From the NCBI GenBank assembly GCA_963806185.1, contig CAWDXE010000001.1:960001-1024000 (forward strand): DNA of 64,000 nucleotides, written 5' to 3'. The translations under genes and the position numbers were made by a program. This DNA comes from an uncultured candidate division Zixibacteria bacterium. GTDB lineage: Bacteria > Zixibacteria > MSB-5A5 > GN15 > FEB-12. A model generated the notes under the pieces. The model ran no database searches, was not told the origin of the DNA, and saw only the letters and a list, made by a program, of their open reading frames with translations. Positions 23,570-36,319 of the stretch are shown here, in pieces (positions within the stretch are counted from its first letter, which is position 1; every line of letters begins with the position of its first letter).

Positions 23570-24172
23570 TTAGTCGGCGCGGCTGGCCGACGCTGTGAAC
23601 AGCGAGGGATGGTCTTCAATCGCCACAGCCCCGAATCTGGACTGCTCGAACATCTTCTGCAATTCCGCGGCTGACGGCAACTGGTCCTTTTCCACCACCC
23701 CGCCGATTCGCTTATGCAGCTCACCCACTTCCTTTGACGAGGCGAGGTGGACGATGTGAAATTCGGCCCCGGACTTGAGCACGCGGTGGATTTCATCGAG
23801 AGCTTTGCGTTTCTCCACAAAGTGCGGAAAGGAGGCAAAGGCAATTGCCAGGTCGAACTTCTTGTCACTGAATGGGAGCATGGAAACGTCGGCATCGACG
23901 ACATTAACATTGTCGAACGGAAAATTGCGGTGGGCAATGCGGATCATGTTTATCGAGAAATCCAGGCCGGTCACGGTCCCCTTCTCTCCGGTTTTGCGCC
24001 GAAGCATGTCAAACAAGATACCGGTGCCACACCCGACATCGAGAATGTCCATACCGGGCTTGACGCCGAGCTTGTCCACCAGATGCATCAGCCGCTCAAG
24101 GTCCTCGGCGGTGAACATCAAGTCCCATTCTTCGGCAAGTTTATCAAAAAAGGCCTGATGGGGGTCGTGCAT
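23570..24172 (-). CDS. Class I SAM-dependent methyltransferase
   Basis: ILDVGCGTG motif. Confidence 0.9.
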   Translation of the reverse strand: MHDPHQAFFDKLAEEWDLMFTAEDLERLMHLVDKLGVKPGMDILDVGCGTGILFDMLRRKTGEKGTVTGLDFSINMIRIAHRNFPFDNVNVVDADVSMLPFSDKKFDLAIAFASFPHFVEKRKALDEIHRVLKSGAEFHIVHLASSKEVGELHKRIGGVVEKDQLPSAAELQKMFEQSRFGAVAIEDHPSLFTASASRAD

Positions 24173-24372
24173 AGGCCCGCAATGTAAATCCTACACCAAG
24201 CTTGTCAAGTTAAATTCCCCCCTTGTCACACAACGACTTACGACGCACGCACGGACGGCCTTTGTCGGCCGCACTGTCAGAATGTGACAACCAGCCGCCA
24301 AATCGTCGCCCCCGGGGAACCGGCAATCGTTATATTATGGGTTCCGCATTTGGTGGGAGAGACAAACAAACT

Positions 24373-27225
<2,853 letters not shown>

Positions 27226-27270
27226 TCGTCTGTTGTTGTTCCCGCAGTCCCAAGCCGATATATTCGCCCC

Positions 27271-28938
27271 ATGCAAACCGTCCTTCATATTCTCAACCTG
27301 GTCACCGAACTGCGGCGCGAACTGATCGGCGCCGAATTGGTCGGCACCGAGTACTACAAAAAGGAAAGGGCGGCTTACTTCTTCTTTCGGCAGGAGAAAA
27401 CGCGCTGGGCACTCGGCTTTCGCTTCCATCCGGCCGGGTCCGGTACGTTTCTGGTGCCGGCCTCAAAGATCACGATCGATACCACCGAAAAGCCCTGGCC
27501 GATGTTTGGCCTTTCGTCAGGAACAGTCAGCGCGGTGGAGCAACTCGGTCTGGATCGCCTTTTCTTCGTTACGCTTGCCATTAATGATGAGAAGAAACTC
27601 CTCGTGTTCGAGGCGATTGGCCCCAACGGCAATATCTGGTGCCTCGACAGTGATCGCCGCAAACAGGCTACGCTTCGCAACCGTGAATACAAAATCGGCG
27701 ATCAATACGACTTTCCCGCGCCGCCGGCTCGTCTCGATCCCTTCACAGTCGAGGCCTCAGCTATGCGCGAAAGGCTGACGGCTGAAATGCCATCCATGGT
27801 AACCTATGTCGAAAAACAGCTTATCGGCTTCACGCGCACGATGGCAAAGGAAGCTGTCGCTCGCGCCGGCATTGATTTCGTCGAGCCGTCAGCAGTGACC
27901 GATGAACAGCTTGCCACGTTGGCTAGGTCCGTCTGTGATCTTGCCGCTCGGTTTCCGGCGGCGGATTCTGCCTACCTCTACGTAATAAAGGGAGCGGCCG
28001 AGGTATACCCGTTCAAACTCTCAACCGTCACCGACGAGCCGGAGAAATTCAAATCGTTGTCACAGGCCGTGCTTGCCATGACCGAACATCGTCAGACCGT
28101 CGAGGAGGATGCTGATCGCGAAAAGCAAGTGACCGGCGCCGTCTCGCGAGCCATCAAACGACTCGAAGGACGGATACTTAAGATCGAGCACGACGTCACG
28201 GACGCCGAGAACTTCGAAATTTATAAGCGATACGGCGAACTCCTGCAAATTCACCATGCCGAGCTCAAGCGCGGGATGAGCAAGATCACAGTCGACGATA
28301 TCTTTCTCGAGCCGCATCAACCCGTCACCATAAAGCTCGATCCGGCGTTGCCACCGAGCGACAATATTGACGCTTATTTCAAACGCCACCGCAAAGGGCG
28401 CGAGGGTCTGGAGATTCTCCAGCGCCGGCTCGAGGTTTCCCGCCACGAGCTGGCCGAACTGCGGACAATTGCGGAGGCCCTTGAGATTAATTTCGACGTT
28501 GCCGTCAAGCAGTTCGACTCAGAACTTCAGGCTCTTCTCCCCCGCGAAGGCGAGCGAACCAAAGAAGCCCCCCGCCTGCCGTATCGCGAACACCAACTTT
28601 CCACCGGCGTGACCATCTTTGTCGGGCGCGAGGGGGCCGACAACGACCGACTGACGTTTGAGTTTGCCAAACCGCATGAGCTTTGGTTCCACGCCCAGCA
28701 GTGCCCCGGCTCACACGTGGTGATGAAATTCCCCAACAAGAGCTTTATCCCGTCCAAAAAGGAAATCGAAGAGACCGCTGCCTATGCGGCCGGCCATTCC
28801 AAGGCGAGAAATGACCGCCTGGTGCCGGTGATTTACACCGAACGCCGCTACGTCCGCAAACCGCGCAAAGCCAAGCCGGGGCTGGTGACGGTCGAGCGCG
28901 AGAAGTCGGTGATGGTGGTACCGAAGCGGCTCGGCTGA
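27271..28938 (+). CDS. rqcH: NFACT family ribosome quality control protein (RqcH/FbpA-like)
   Basis: NFACT-N (LDRL, EAIGPNGNI), coiled coil, NFACT-R (VGR..DND, WFHAQQCPGSHVV, VRKPRKAKPGLV). Confidence 0.85.
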   Translation: MQTVLHILNLVTELRRELIGAELVGTEYYKKERAAYFFFRQEKTRWALGFRFHPAGSGTFLVPASKITIDTTEKPWPMFGLSSGTVSAVEQLGLDRLFFVTLAINDEKKLLVFEAIGPNGNIWCLDSDRRKQATLRNREYKIGDQYDFPAPPARLDPFTVEASAMRERLTAEMPSMVTYVEKQLIGFTRTMAKEAVARAGIDFVEPSAVTDEQLATLARSVCDLAARFPAADSAYLYVIKGAAEVYPFKLSTVTDEPEKFKSLSQAVLAMTEHRQTVEEDADREKQVTGAVSRAIKRLEGRILKIEHDVTDAENFEIYKRYGELLQIHHAELKRGMSKITVDDIFLEPHQPVTIKLDPALPPSDNIDAYFKRHRKGREGLEILQRRLEVSRHELAELRTIAEALEINFDVAVKQFDSELQALLPREGERTKEAPRLPYREHQLSTGVTIFVGREGADNDRLTFEFAKPHELWFHAQQCPGSHVVMKFPNKSFIPSKKEIEETAAYAAGHSKARNDRLVPVIYTERRYVRKPRKAKPGLVTVEREKSVMVVPKRLG

Positions 28939-29012
28939 CACCCTCGTTGCTTTTGACACCGAATAACGCAATATTCTCCCCACTAATAGACACTACCCCG
29001 AAAGGACTTGCG

Positions 29013-30839
29013 ATGGCTACAGAGTCAGCCACCTCAAAAACCGCAATACCGCAGCGCAACGAAATCGCCGAACAGCACACCTGGCGACTTTCTGACATCT
29101 ATCCCTCCGATGCGGCCTGGGAAGCCGATTACGCCAAAGCTCAACAGCTTCTGGAGAAGGCGAAAGAGTTCGCCGGCAAACTGGCCTCGTCGCCGGCCGT
29201 TATGTACGACTGCTTTGAGTCGCGCAGTACCCTTTCGCTGATCCTCCACTCGCTCTATCAATACGCTTATCTCAATAAGGATCTCGACAACCGTGTCTCG
29301 AAGTGGCAGGCCTTCACCGAACGCGTCGCCATGCTCTCCTCGCAGGTGGCCGCGGCGTTCTCGTTTGTCGAGCCGGAATTGCTCAAAATGCCCGACGAGA
29401 AACTGCTGGCCATGGAAGCGCAGTTCCCCAAGCGGGGCATTTACGATTTCTATCTGAAGGAGCTGGTCCGTTCCAAAGCGCACGTGCGCAACGAAGAGGT
29501 AGAAGAAGTGCTCGCTATGTCATCGGTGATGGCCCGCGGCGCGGACAACATCTTTTCCATGCTCGACGATGCCGATATTACCTACCCGATCGTCAAAGGC
29601 GAGGACGGTCAGGAAATCAAGCTGACCAAACAGCGCTACGCCAAATTGATCGAATGCAAGGACCGCACCGTCCGCCGCGACGCCCACAATGCCTTCTACC
29701 AGCCGTATAAGGAACATGTCAATACACTCGGGGCATCGCTGTCGGCGTCGGTAAGTCGCGATATCTTTTACTCCCGCGTTCGTCGCTACGGCAACTGTCT
29801 CGAAAGTGCGCTCGACGGCAATAATATCCCGCTTTCGGTTTACCACTCCCTCCTCGACACCACCGAGGCGAACCTGCCGGGCATGCACGCGTACACGGCC
29901 CTGCGCAAACGCATTTTCAAGATCGACAACGTTTACACCTACGATATGGCCAACCCCCTCTTTCCGGAGCAGAACTACGAGGTTCCGTACGACCGCGCAG
30001 TTGAGCGGCTGCTCGAGGCGGTGGGGCCGCTGGGTGGCAAGTATGTCAGTGTGCTTCGCGACGCCATGCGGTCGCGCTGGGTTGACGTGTATGAAACCGA
30101 GGGCAAAGGCGGCGGCGCGTACAGCTGGGGGAACTACTCGATCCATCCGTATGTGCTGATGAATTACAACGACACCGTCGATAACATGTTTACGCTGGCG
30201 CACGAAATGGGCCACGCCATGCATTCGTACCTGTCGAATACGACCCAGCCCTTCCCCAAATCGCATTATGCCATCTTCATTGCCGAAATCGCCTCGACCC
30301 TGAATGAAGGGCTGCTCTGGAATCTGCTGATCAAAGAGGCCACCGATATCCGCGTCAAGCTCGACCTCTATAACCGGTATCTCGACATGACTTTCGGGAC
30401 GTTCTTCAATCAGGTCATGTACGCCCGGTTTGAACTGCTGATCCACGACCACGTCGAACAAGGAAATGCCCTCTCCCCCGAGTACTTCAACCAGGTCTGG
30501 GGCGATCTCACAAAGAAGTATTACGGCCCGGCTTTTACGCTCGACGAATTGACAGCCCTTAAGTGGTCGCGCATCCCGCACTTCTACAATTCGTTTTACG
30601 TGTACCAGTACGCCACATCCTATGCCGCGTCGCAGGCTATTCTGCAGAAATTCCTCAACGGCGAGCCGGGCATCATCGATCGGTATTTGGAAATGCTGTC
30701 CTCCGGCGGCAAGGACTACCCGATCGAACTGGTGAAGATCTGTGGGATAGACATGACCACTCCGGAGCCGTTTTTGGCGACTATTAATAGATTCGCCCAG
30801 CATGTGGCCGAGGTAGATCAACTGACTCGCGACCTCTAG
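29013..30839 (+). CDS. pepF: Oligoendopeptidase F (M3B)
   Basis: TLAHEMGHAMH, AEIAST and WSRIPHFY motifs; AAAGGA RBS. Confidence 0.95.
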   Translation: MATESATSKTAIPQRNEIAEQHTWRLSDIYPSDAAWEADYAKAQQLLEKAKEFAGKLASSPAVMYDCFESRSTLSLILHSLYQYAYLNKDLDNRVSKWQAFTERVAMLSSQVAAAFSFVEPELLKMPDEKLLAMEAQFPKRGIYDFYLKELVRSKAHVRNEEVEEVLAMSSVMARGADNIFSMLDDADITYPIVKGEDGQEIKLTKQRYAKLIECKDRTVRRDAHNAFYQPYKEHVNTLGASLSASVSRDIFYSRVRRYGNCLESALDGNNIPLSVYHSLLDTTEANLPGMHAYTALRKRIFKIDNVYTYDMANPLFPEQNYEVPYDRAVERLLEAVGPLGGKYVSVLRDAMRSRWVDVYETEGKGGGAYSWGNYSIHPYVLMNYNDTVDNMFTLAHEMGHAMHSYLSNTTQPFPKSHYAIFIAEIASTLNEGLLWNLLIKEATDIRVKLDLYNRYLDMTFGTFFNQVMYARFELLIHDHVEQGNALSPEYFNQVWGDLTKKYYGPAFTLDELTALKWSRIPHFYNSFYVYQYATSYAASQAILQKFLNGEPGIIDRYLEMLSSGGKDYPIELVKICGIDMTTPEPFLATINRFAQHVAEVDQLTRDL

Positions 30840-30867
30840 CCCCGCCAGCGACGTCTTAGACTGCAAC

Positions 30868-30904
30868 AAACCACCGGTCCACAGCAAACCGGTGGTTTTT
30901 CTTT
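30868..30904 (+). terminator. Intrinsic terminator after pepF
   Basis: AAACCACCGGT / ACCGGTGGTTT followed by a T-tract. Confidence 0.85.
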
Positions 30905-30998
30905 GACGATCACTCCTAATTGTATCTGACGGCGCTCTGCCAGGAGATCGACCGGTCCGCCAAAAACGAGAATGACTGATTGACGGAGGATGAATGTC

Positions 30999-31484
30999 GT
31001 GAATACAATCACCCGATTTCTTTGTCTGGGACTGATCCTTGCCGCCGTGTCGGCGTCGGCTCAGCCTCTTGTCCCCACCGACAGTGTCAAACTGGCCAAA
31101 CTTCGTGCCCATATCGACTGGTCCAACAGCAAGTGGTGCGAGGCGCACAAGATCAGCGACCCCAAGCTGTTGGCCTCGCTCTTTTCCGACGATGGCGCCC
31201 TGCTTTTGGGCGGCGGCGTTCTGGTTCAGGGGCATGAGAATATCGAGAAGCGGATCGGCCGGTTTATGGAAAAGTACGGTCCCTTTGAGATGACTATCAC
31301 TACGGCGACTGTCTGGCTGGTCGATTCAATTGGTTACGAATTCGGCCGGTACACTCGCAAGTCCCTGAGTACAGCGGCCGATGTCGACACTACGACCGAA
31401 CATGGGCAGTATTTCGAGATGTGGAAGGAGCGCCCCGACGGCACTTGGCGGATCTGGCGCGACGCCGGGATACCGAAAGAGTGA
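30999..31484 (+). CDS. Secreted NTF2-like (DUF4440/SnoaL) protein
   Basis: Signal peptide; GYEFGRY and WKERPDGTWRIWRD motifs; GGAGG RBS before GTG 30999. Confidence 0.8.
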   Translation: MNTITRFLCLGLILAAVSASAQPLVPTDSVKLAKLRAHIDWSNSKWCEAHKISDPKLLASLFSDDGALLLGGGVLVQGHENIEKRIGRFMEKYGPFEMTITTATVWLVDSIGYEFGRYTRKSLSTAADVDTTTEHGQYFEMWKERPDGTWRIWRDAGIPKE

Positions 31485-31582
31485 GCCTCGGTTCCCGGTA
31501 GCATCCTGTCTCAGAACTGTCGAGTTTTTCAGAGCCAAATTCCCAATTGCTATCTTTTTCGTCTAACCATATATTCCTTGGT

Positions 31583-32005
31583 ATGATAACCAAGAAGACG
31601 GAGTATGCCATCCGCGCCCTCTGGGAGCTTTCGACTCACCCCGAGGGTCAGAGTACCGCCAACGAAATTGCCCAACGTCAGGCGATTCCCCCCAAGTACC
31701 TTCCCCAGATTATTGCGGAACTGGTTCGGGCTGGATTGGTTATTACTGCCAGAGGTTTTGGCGGCGGCCTGCGACTGGCCCGCCCGGCGTCCGAAATCTC
31801 GCTCCTTGATGTCATTGAAGGAATCCAGGGGAAGTTCACGATGTTTGAATGCCAGATGGGTACAATGGAGTGTATCCACCTGCCGGATTGCGACCTAAAA
31901 GACGCGTATTGCGAGGCGCAGACGGCGGTCGAAAGAGTTTTCACCAATAAGCGGCTGTCCGACATAAGGCTCAGCTCGCCGCAACGGGGACCCCATGCCG
32001 ACTAA
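31583..32005 (+). CDS. Rrf2 family Fe-S transcriptional regulator
   Basis: TEYAIRAL, RGFGGG..LARP and three Cys (C-x6-C-x5-C). Confidence 0.9.
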   Translation: MITKKTEYAIRALWELSTHPEGQSTANEIAQRQAIPPKYLPQIIAELVRAGLVITARGFGGGLRLARPASEISLLDVIEGIQGKFTMFECQMGTMECIHLPDCDLKDAYCEAQTAVERVFTNKRLSDIRLSSPQRGPHAD

Positions 32006-33056
32006 AGAAATGGTGCTGCATATTCTCAGCGGGATCAATGACCCGGAACTGAAAAAGCCGCTGACTGAACTCGACATGGTAAAATTCGTCGAGATCGACG
32101 GTGGCCATGTCACCGTCGGCATTACCCTTACTGTCCCCGGTTGCCCACTCAAAGAGAAGATCACTTCCGACGTCACCGCCGGCCTGCGGCTTATCCCCGA
32201 TGTTGAGTCGGTCAAGGTTGTTTTCGACGTGATGTCCGACGAGCAAAGAGCGAGACTCCGTCAGAAACTCGGGCATGGTACGGCAACTGAGGGCGCTCAT
32301 CCGGTCACCGTCGGAAATTTCGCCAAGCGCTTCATCGCGGTGTCGTCAGGCAAGGGCGGTGTCGGTAAGTCCACCGTCACAACAAACTTAGCGACGGCGC
32401 TGGCCCGCCTTGGTCACAAGGTTGGGCTGCTCGATGCCGACGTGTATGGTTTCTCGATCCCCCGGATGCTTGGGATTCAAGGACAACCCACTATTATTGA
32501 CGACAAGATTGTGCCGCTGCGCAAAGGCGATAACCTGCAAGTGATATCGATGGGCTTGTTCGTGCACGAGGATGAGCCGGTCATCTGGCGCGGCCCGATG
32601 TTGCATAAGGCGATCAACCAATTTCTGTCCGACGTCATGTGGGACGAACTCGATTTTCTATTTCTCGATCTCCCCCCGGGCACGGGCGATGTCACCTTGA
32701 CTATCGCACAGGCCATCCCGGCGGCGGAACTGCTGGTGGTCACCACCCCTCAGGCCACAGCCACGCATGTTGCCGGTCGTGTCGCCAAGCTGGCAGAGAA
32801 GACAAAGTTACGTGTGATCGGCGTCCTCGAAAATATGTCGTATTTTGAGACTAATGGTACACGCGAATACGTCTTTGGACGCGGTGGTGGCAAGACGCTT
32901 GCTGAGAAACTGGGTGTGAAGTTCTTCGGAGAAATTCCCCTGCAGAGCACGATTCGCGAAGGAGCCGATACCGGACGTCCGGTCGCCATGTATGGCACTC
33001 CGGAGCAAATTGCTCTATTCGAGACCATCGCTCGAGCCATCGAAACGAGTGACTGA
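31995..33056 (+). CDS. mrp: Mrp/ApbC (NBP35) Fe-S carrier ATPase
   Basis: N-terminal DUF59 (DPEL, PGCP); SGKGGVGKST, DADVYG, WRGPM and DLPPGTGD motifs. Confidence 0.93.
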   Translation: MPTKEMVLHILSGINDPELKKPLTELDMVKFVEIDGGHVTVGITLTVPGCPLKEKITSDVTAGLRLIPDVESVKVVFDVMSDEQRARLRQKLGHGTATEGAHPVTVGNFAKRFIAVSSGKGGVGKSTVTTNLATALARLGHKVGLLDADVYGFSIPRMLGIQGQPTIIDDKIVPLRKGDNLQVISMGLFVHEDEPVIWRGPMLHKAINQFLSDVMWDELDFLFLDLPPGTGDVTLTIAQAIPAAELLVVTTPQATATHVAGRVAKLAEKTKLRVIGVLENMSYFETNGTREYVFGRGGGKTLAEKLGVKFFGEIPLQSTIREGADTGRPVAMYGTPEQIALFETIARAIETSD

Positions 33057-33147
33057 CGATAACTGCTTGTGAAGTCGCATCCTGCTTGAGACTCTAATTT
33101 ATTTCCATCATCGGTTTGGAATCATAGCCCCGGCACGCCGAATTTTG

Positions 33148-33443
33148 TTATCCGCCTAAGATACACTCAATCAACTGCTTCAAAAATGTCCGGTTTATTT
33201 TTATCCACAGGCTTGACGGTTATCGCCACGACGAATATGTATACACATGAATTCTCGAGGGAAATGCTGTGTGGGCAGCATGTGGATTGTAGGGAGCGCT
33301 TCGAGCACAGCCTCTTATTCAATCACGAGTTATAGAGCACACTCTTAGGCGTGTCTGTGGATGATTTTGTGGACAAGTCGCGGGTATAGTGTGCACAAAA
33401 TTGGGTAACCTACAGGGAGACCAACGACTCTCTCTGTGAACAA
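33148..33443. promoter_or_regulatory. DnaA-box cluster upstream of dnaA (left part of oriC and dnaA promoter region)
   Basis: Perfect TTATCCACA at 33201-33209; near-matches at 33239, 33281, 33356, 33368, 33390 and 33435. Confidence 0.85.
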
Positions 33444-33475
33444 GTGGATTGAACACCGCAGGGGATTGCGAACCA

Positions 33476-34852
33476 ATGGAAAAATCTATGTCAACCTCAC
33501 AACAGTGGTCGGACTGTCTTAAGTACATGTCGTTGCGCCTCAAACAACAGTCCTTCAACACTTGGCTTCGCCCCACCAAGGGGGAACTTGCCGAAACGGG
33601 CGACTTCAAAATCGCCGTCGCCAATCAATTCGTCGCCGACTGGATCAACGACCACTTCCGGGACCTCATCGAAGAGTCCTTCACGGAAGTCCTCGGCCGG
33701 CGGCTCGACATCACCTGGGTCATCACCGGCCAGTCCGAACCAGAGGAGCAGACTTCGCTCCTGTTGAATCAGATCCCGGCCGGTCAGATCTCGCCCACCG
33801 CACCGGCGCCGGTTGCCGGCTCGCCGTCCAATCATAACCTCAACGACAAGTATCGGTTCGACACGCTGGTGATTGGTGACTTCAACCAGTTTGCCGCGGC
33901 CGCCTCTCAGGCGGTGGCCGAGGGTCCGGGCATGACAAAGTACAATCCGCTCTACATCTACGGCGGCACCGGACTGGGCAAAACGCATATTGTCCAGGCC
34001 ATCGGTCACCAGATTCTGGAATTCTTCCCCAATAAGCGCATCATGTATGCCACCTCTGAGAAATTCACCTCCGACTTCATTTCCGCCATCTCCGACCGCA
34101 CCATCACCGACTTCCACCGCCTCTACCGTGATGTCGACGTGCTGATTATCGACGATATCCAGTTCTTTACCGGCAAGGAATCCACTCAGGAGCAGTTCTT
34201 TCACACGTTTAACGCTCTGTACCATTCCGGTAAACAGATTATTCTCACCTCCGATCGTCCGCCCAAAGAGATCAAAGGGCTTGAAGAACGGCTACTCTCC
34301 CGCTTTGGCTGGGGTTTGGTAACCGATCTTCAGGCCCCTGACCTTGAAAATCGCACTGCCATTTTGTACAAAAAACTCTCCTCGGAGGGTAAAACGCTCC
34401 CGGACGACGTTGTCCGCTATGTCGCCGACAAGGTGACCACTAATGTCCGCGAGTTGGAAGGGGCGCTCATTCGCCTGTTGGCCTGGGCGTCGATTAAGAA
34501 AGTAACTATCGACCTCTCTGTGGCGCAGCAGGTGCTCTCTGAGACCCTGAGTGCAGCTAAGAGAGAGATTACGATGGATACTATCCAGCGTAAGACTGCT
34601 ACGGTCTTCAACATTCCTCCGGAAATGATGCAAGCCAAAAAGAAGACTGCCAAGGTAGCTCTTGCCCGCCAGGTGGCAATGTATCTGTCCCGTTCACTTA
34701 CGGACAATTCCCTGAAGTCCATTGGAGGGGCCTTTGGCGGCCGCGATCATTCGACCGTAATTCACGCCTGTGACCTGATCTCTCGCCGGATTGCGGCAGA
34801 TATCACATTCCGCGAAAAGATTGACAAAATCTCTGCTTCACTACTATACTAA
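33476..34852 (+). CDS. dnaA: Chromosomal replication initiator
   Basis: YNPLYIYGGTGLGKTH, DDIQF and GGRDHSTVIHA motifs; alternative start at 33488. Confidence 0.98.
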   Translation: MEKSMSTSQQWSDCLKYMSLRLKQQSFNTWLRPTKGELAETGDFKIAVANQFVADWINDHFRDLIEESFTEVLGRRLDITWVITGQSEPEEQTSLLLNQIPAGQISPTAPAPVAGSPSNHNLNDKYRFDTLVIGDFNQFAAAASQAVAEGPGMTKYNPLYIYGGTGLGKTHIVQAIGHQILEFFPNKRIMYATSEKFTSDFISAISDRTITDFHRLYRDVDVLIIDDIQFFTGKESTQEQFFHTFNALYHSGKQIILTSDRPPKEIKGLEERLLSRFGWGLVTDLQAPDLENRTAILYKKLSSEGKTLPDDVVRYVADKVTTNVRELEGALIRLLAWASIKKVTIDLSVAQQVLSETLSAAKREITMDTIQRKTATVFNIPPEMMQAKKKTAKVALARQVAMYLSRSLTDNSLKSIGGAFGGRDHSTVIHACDLISRRIAADITFREKIDKISASLLY

Positions 34853-35133
34853 CATTTTGTCAATGGTTATGTGGATGCTATCTGAACTACAATCAGGGCC
34901 TAAGTAAATGTGGGGTACTCCCTCTATTTGTTGGTAACGTACTGTACTTGGTGTGAATAGAATTTGCGAAGAGAAAATGAAGAAGTCGCTTAGCACACAG
35001 TGTTTCCGTAAGCGATAATCTTACTTCTATCGACTTATCTACATCTTCACACCCCTTATTAATATCATCTCTTTTATATATAAGACCAGATAACAAGAGT
35101 AAGATGTGGGCAATCCACGTGGAGTGAGCATTC
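34853..35133. other. oriC unwinding region between dnaA and dnaN
   Basis: Boxes at 34870 and 34952; tandem TTATCTACA-TCTTCACA 35035-35051, CCCC, trio-like TTA TTA ATA TCA TCT, then AT-rich TTTTATATATAA. Confidence 0.8.
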
Positions 35134-36246
35134 ATGAAGTTCGCCTTACCTAAATCGAAACTTGCCGGTACACTTTCTTCAGTTCTTCAAGTTGTGCCGA
35201 GCAAATCAACATTGCCAATTCTGACGAATGTTCTCGTGGAAGCCCTCGATAACAAACTGAAGATATCCGCTACGGATCTGGATATATCCATCACCGGTTC
35301 AGTTGAATGTTCTGTCACTAAGAAAGGTTCCGCTGCGCTCCCTGCGCGGATTCTCTTTGAGATTATTCGCGAGCTGCCGGAATCCGAAGTTTCCTTTGAG
35401 GCAATAAACTCTAGGGTAGAGATTAAGATTCCGAACGGATCCTACAAGATTGCCGCCGTGGCACCCGATGATTTCCCTAAACTCCCGGCCGTCAATACGA
35501 AGAAAGAGATCAAAATTGACGGGGCTGATCTGGTTCAGATGATCCGCAAAACCACCTTTGCCGTATCAAACGATGAGACCCGTCCGGCCCTCAATGGAGT
35601 TCTCTGGCAGACCAAGGGTGAGCGGATGCTTATGGTGGCAACCGACGGCCATCGGTTGGCCCGCATGGCCGTGGCAAATAACAAGCTCAAGGGAATGAGC
35701 GAGGATATCATCATTCCGCCCAAAGTCTTGAATTTGATTCCCAAGTTCCTCGAGGGCGGTAAGGCTGAGGTGGGCGTCATTTTCGGTGAAAACAGTATCA
35801 TTTTCAATCTCGGGGAGACAGTGCTCACTTCGCGCCTCATCGAGGGGCCATATCCGAATTTTGAGCAGGTAATTCCCCCCAACAATGACAAGAAGCTGGC
35901 CGTATCAAAGGAAGAGCTGGGTTCGGCAGTGCGGCGGGTGTCCATCCTCTCGAACAGCCTCACCCACCAGGTGAAGTTCTCCCTTAAGAAGAACTCCCTA
36001 ACCTTGGCGACCAATAACGCTGATTACGGCGGCGAGGGTAAAGAGGTGCTCGACTGTGACTTCCAGGGTGAGGCAATGGAAATCGGGTACAACGCGACCT
36101 ATGTGTCGGAAATTCTGTCGCGCATTGAGGCCAGCGAGGTGACGTTCGAGCTTTCCAGTCCCGTGGCGGCCGGCATAGTCTACGGAAGTGACACGAAGAA
36201 GGAAGATTATCTCTGTTTGATAATGCCATTGCGGTTGGCTGAATAA
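35134..36246 (+). CDS. dnaN: DNA polymerase III beta sliding clamp
   Basis: ATDLDI, VATDGHRLA, SRLIEGPYP and LIMPLRL motifs. Confidence 0.98.
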   Translation: MKFALPKSKLAGTLSSVLQVVPSKSTLPILTNVLVEALDNKLKISATDLDISITGSVECSVTKKGSAALPARILFEIIRELPESEVSFEAINSRVEIKIPNGSYKIAAVAPDDFPKLPAVNTKKEIKIDGADLVQMIRKTTFAVSNDETRPALNGVLWQTKGERMLMVATDGHRLARMAVANNKLKGMSEDIIIPPKVLNLIPKFLEGGKAEVGVIFGENSIIFNLGETVLTSRLIEGPYPNFEQVIPPNNDKKLAVSKEELGSAVRRVSILSNSLTHQVKFSLKKNSLTLATNNADYGGEGKEVLDCDFQGEAMEIGYNATYVSEILSRIEASEVTFELSSPVAAGIVYGSDTKKEDYLCLIMPLRLAE

Positions 36247-36319
36247 GCCGCCGGAACAATGCGCACTGCACAACGTGGCGGATGATGACATTCGCCACGT
36301 TTTATTGTATCCTTGGCCC

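Noticed and set aside
29520..31235. 571-aa minus-strand ORF
   Set aside because: Antisense shadow of pepF and the DUF4440 gene; no recognisable motifs
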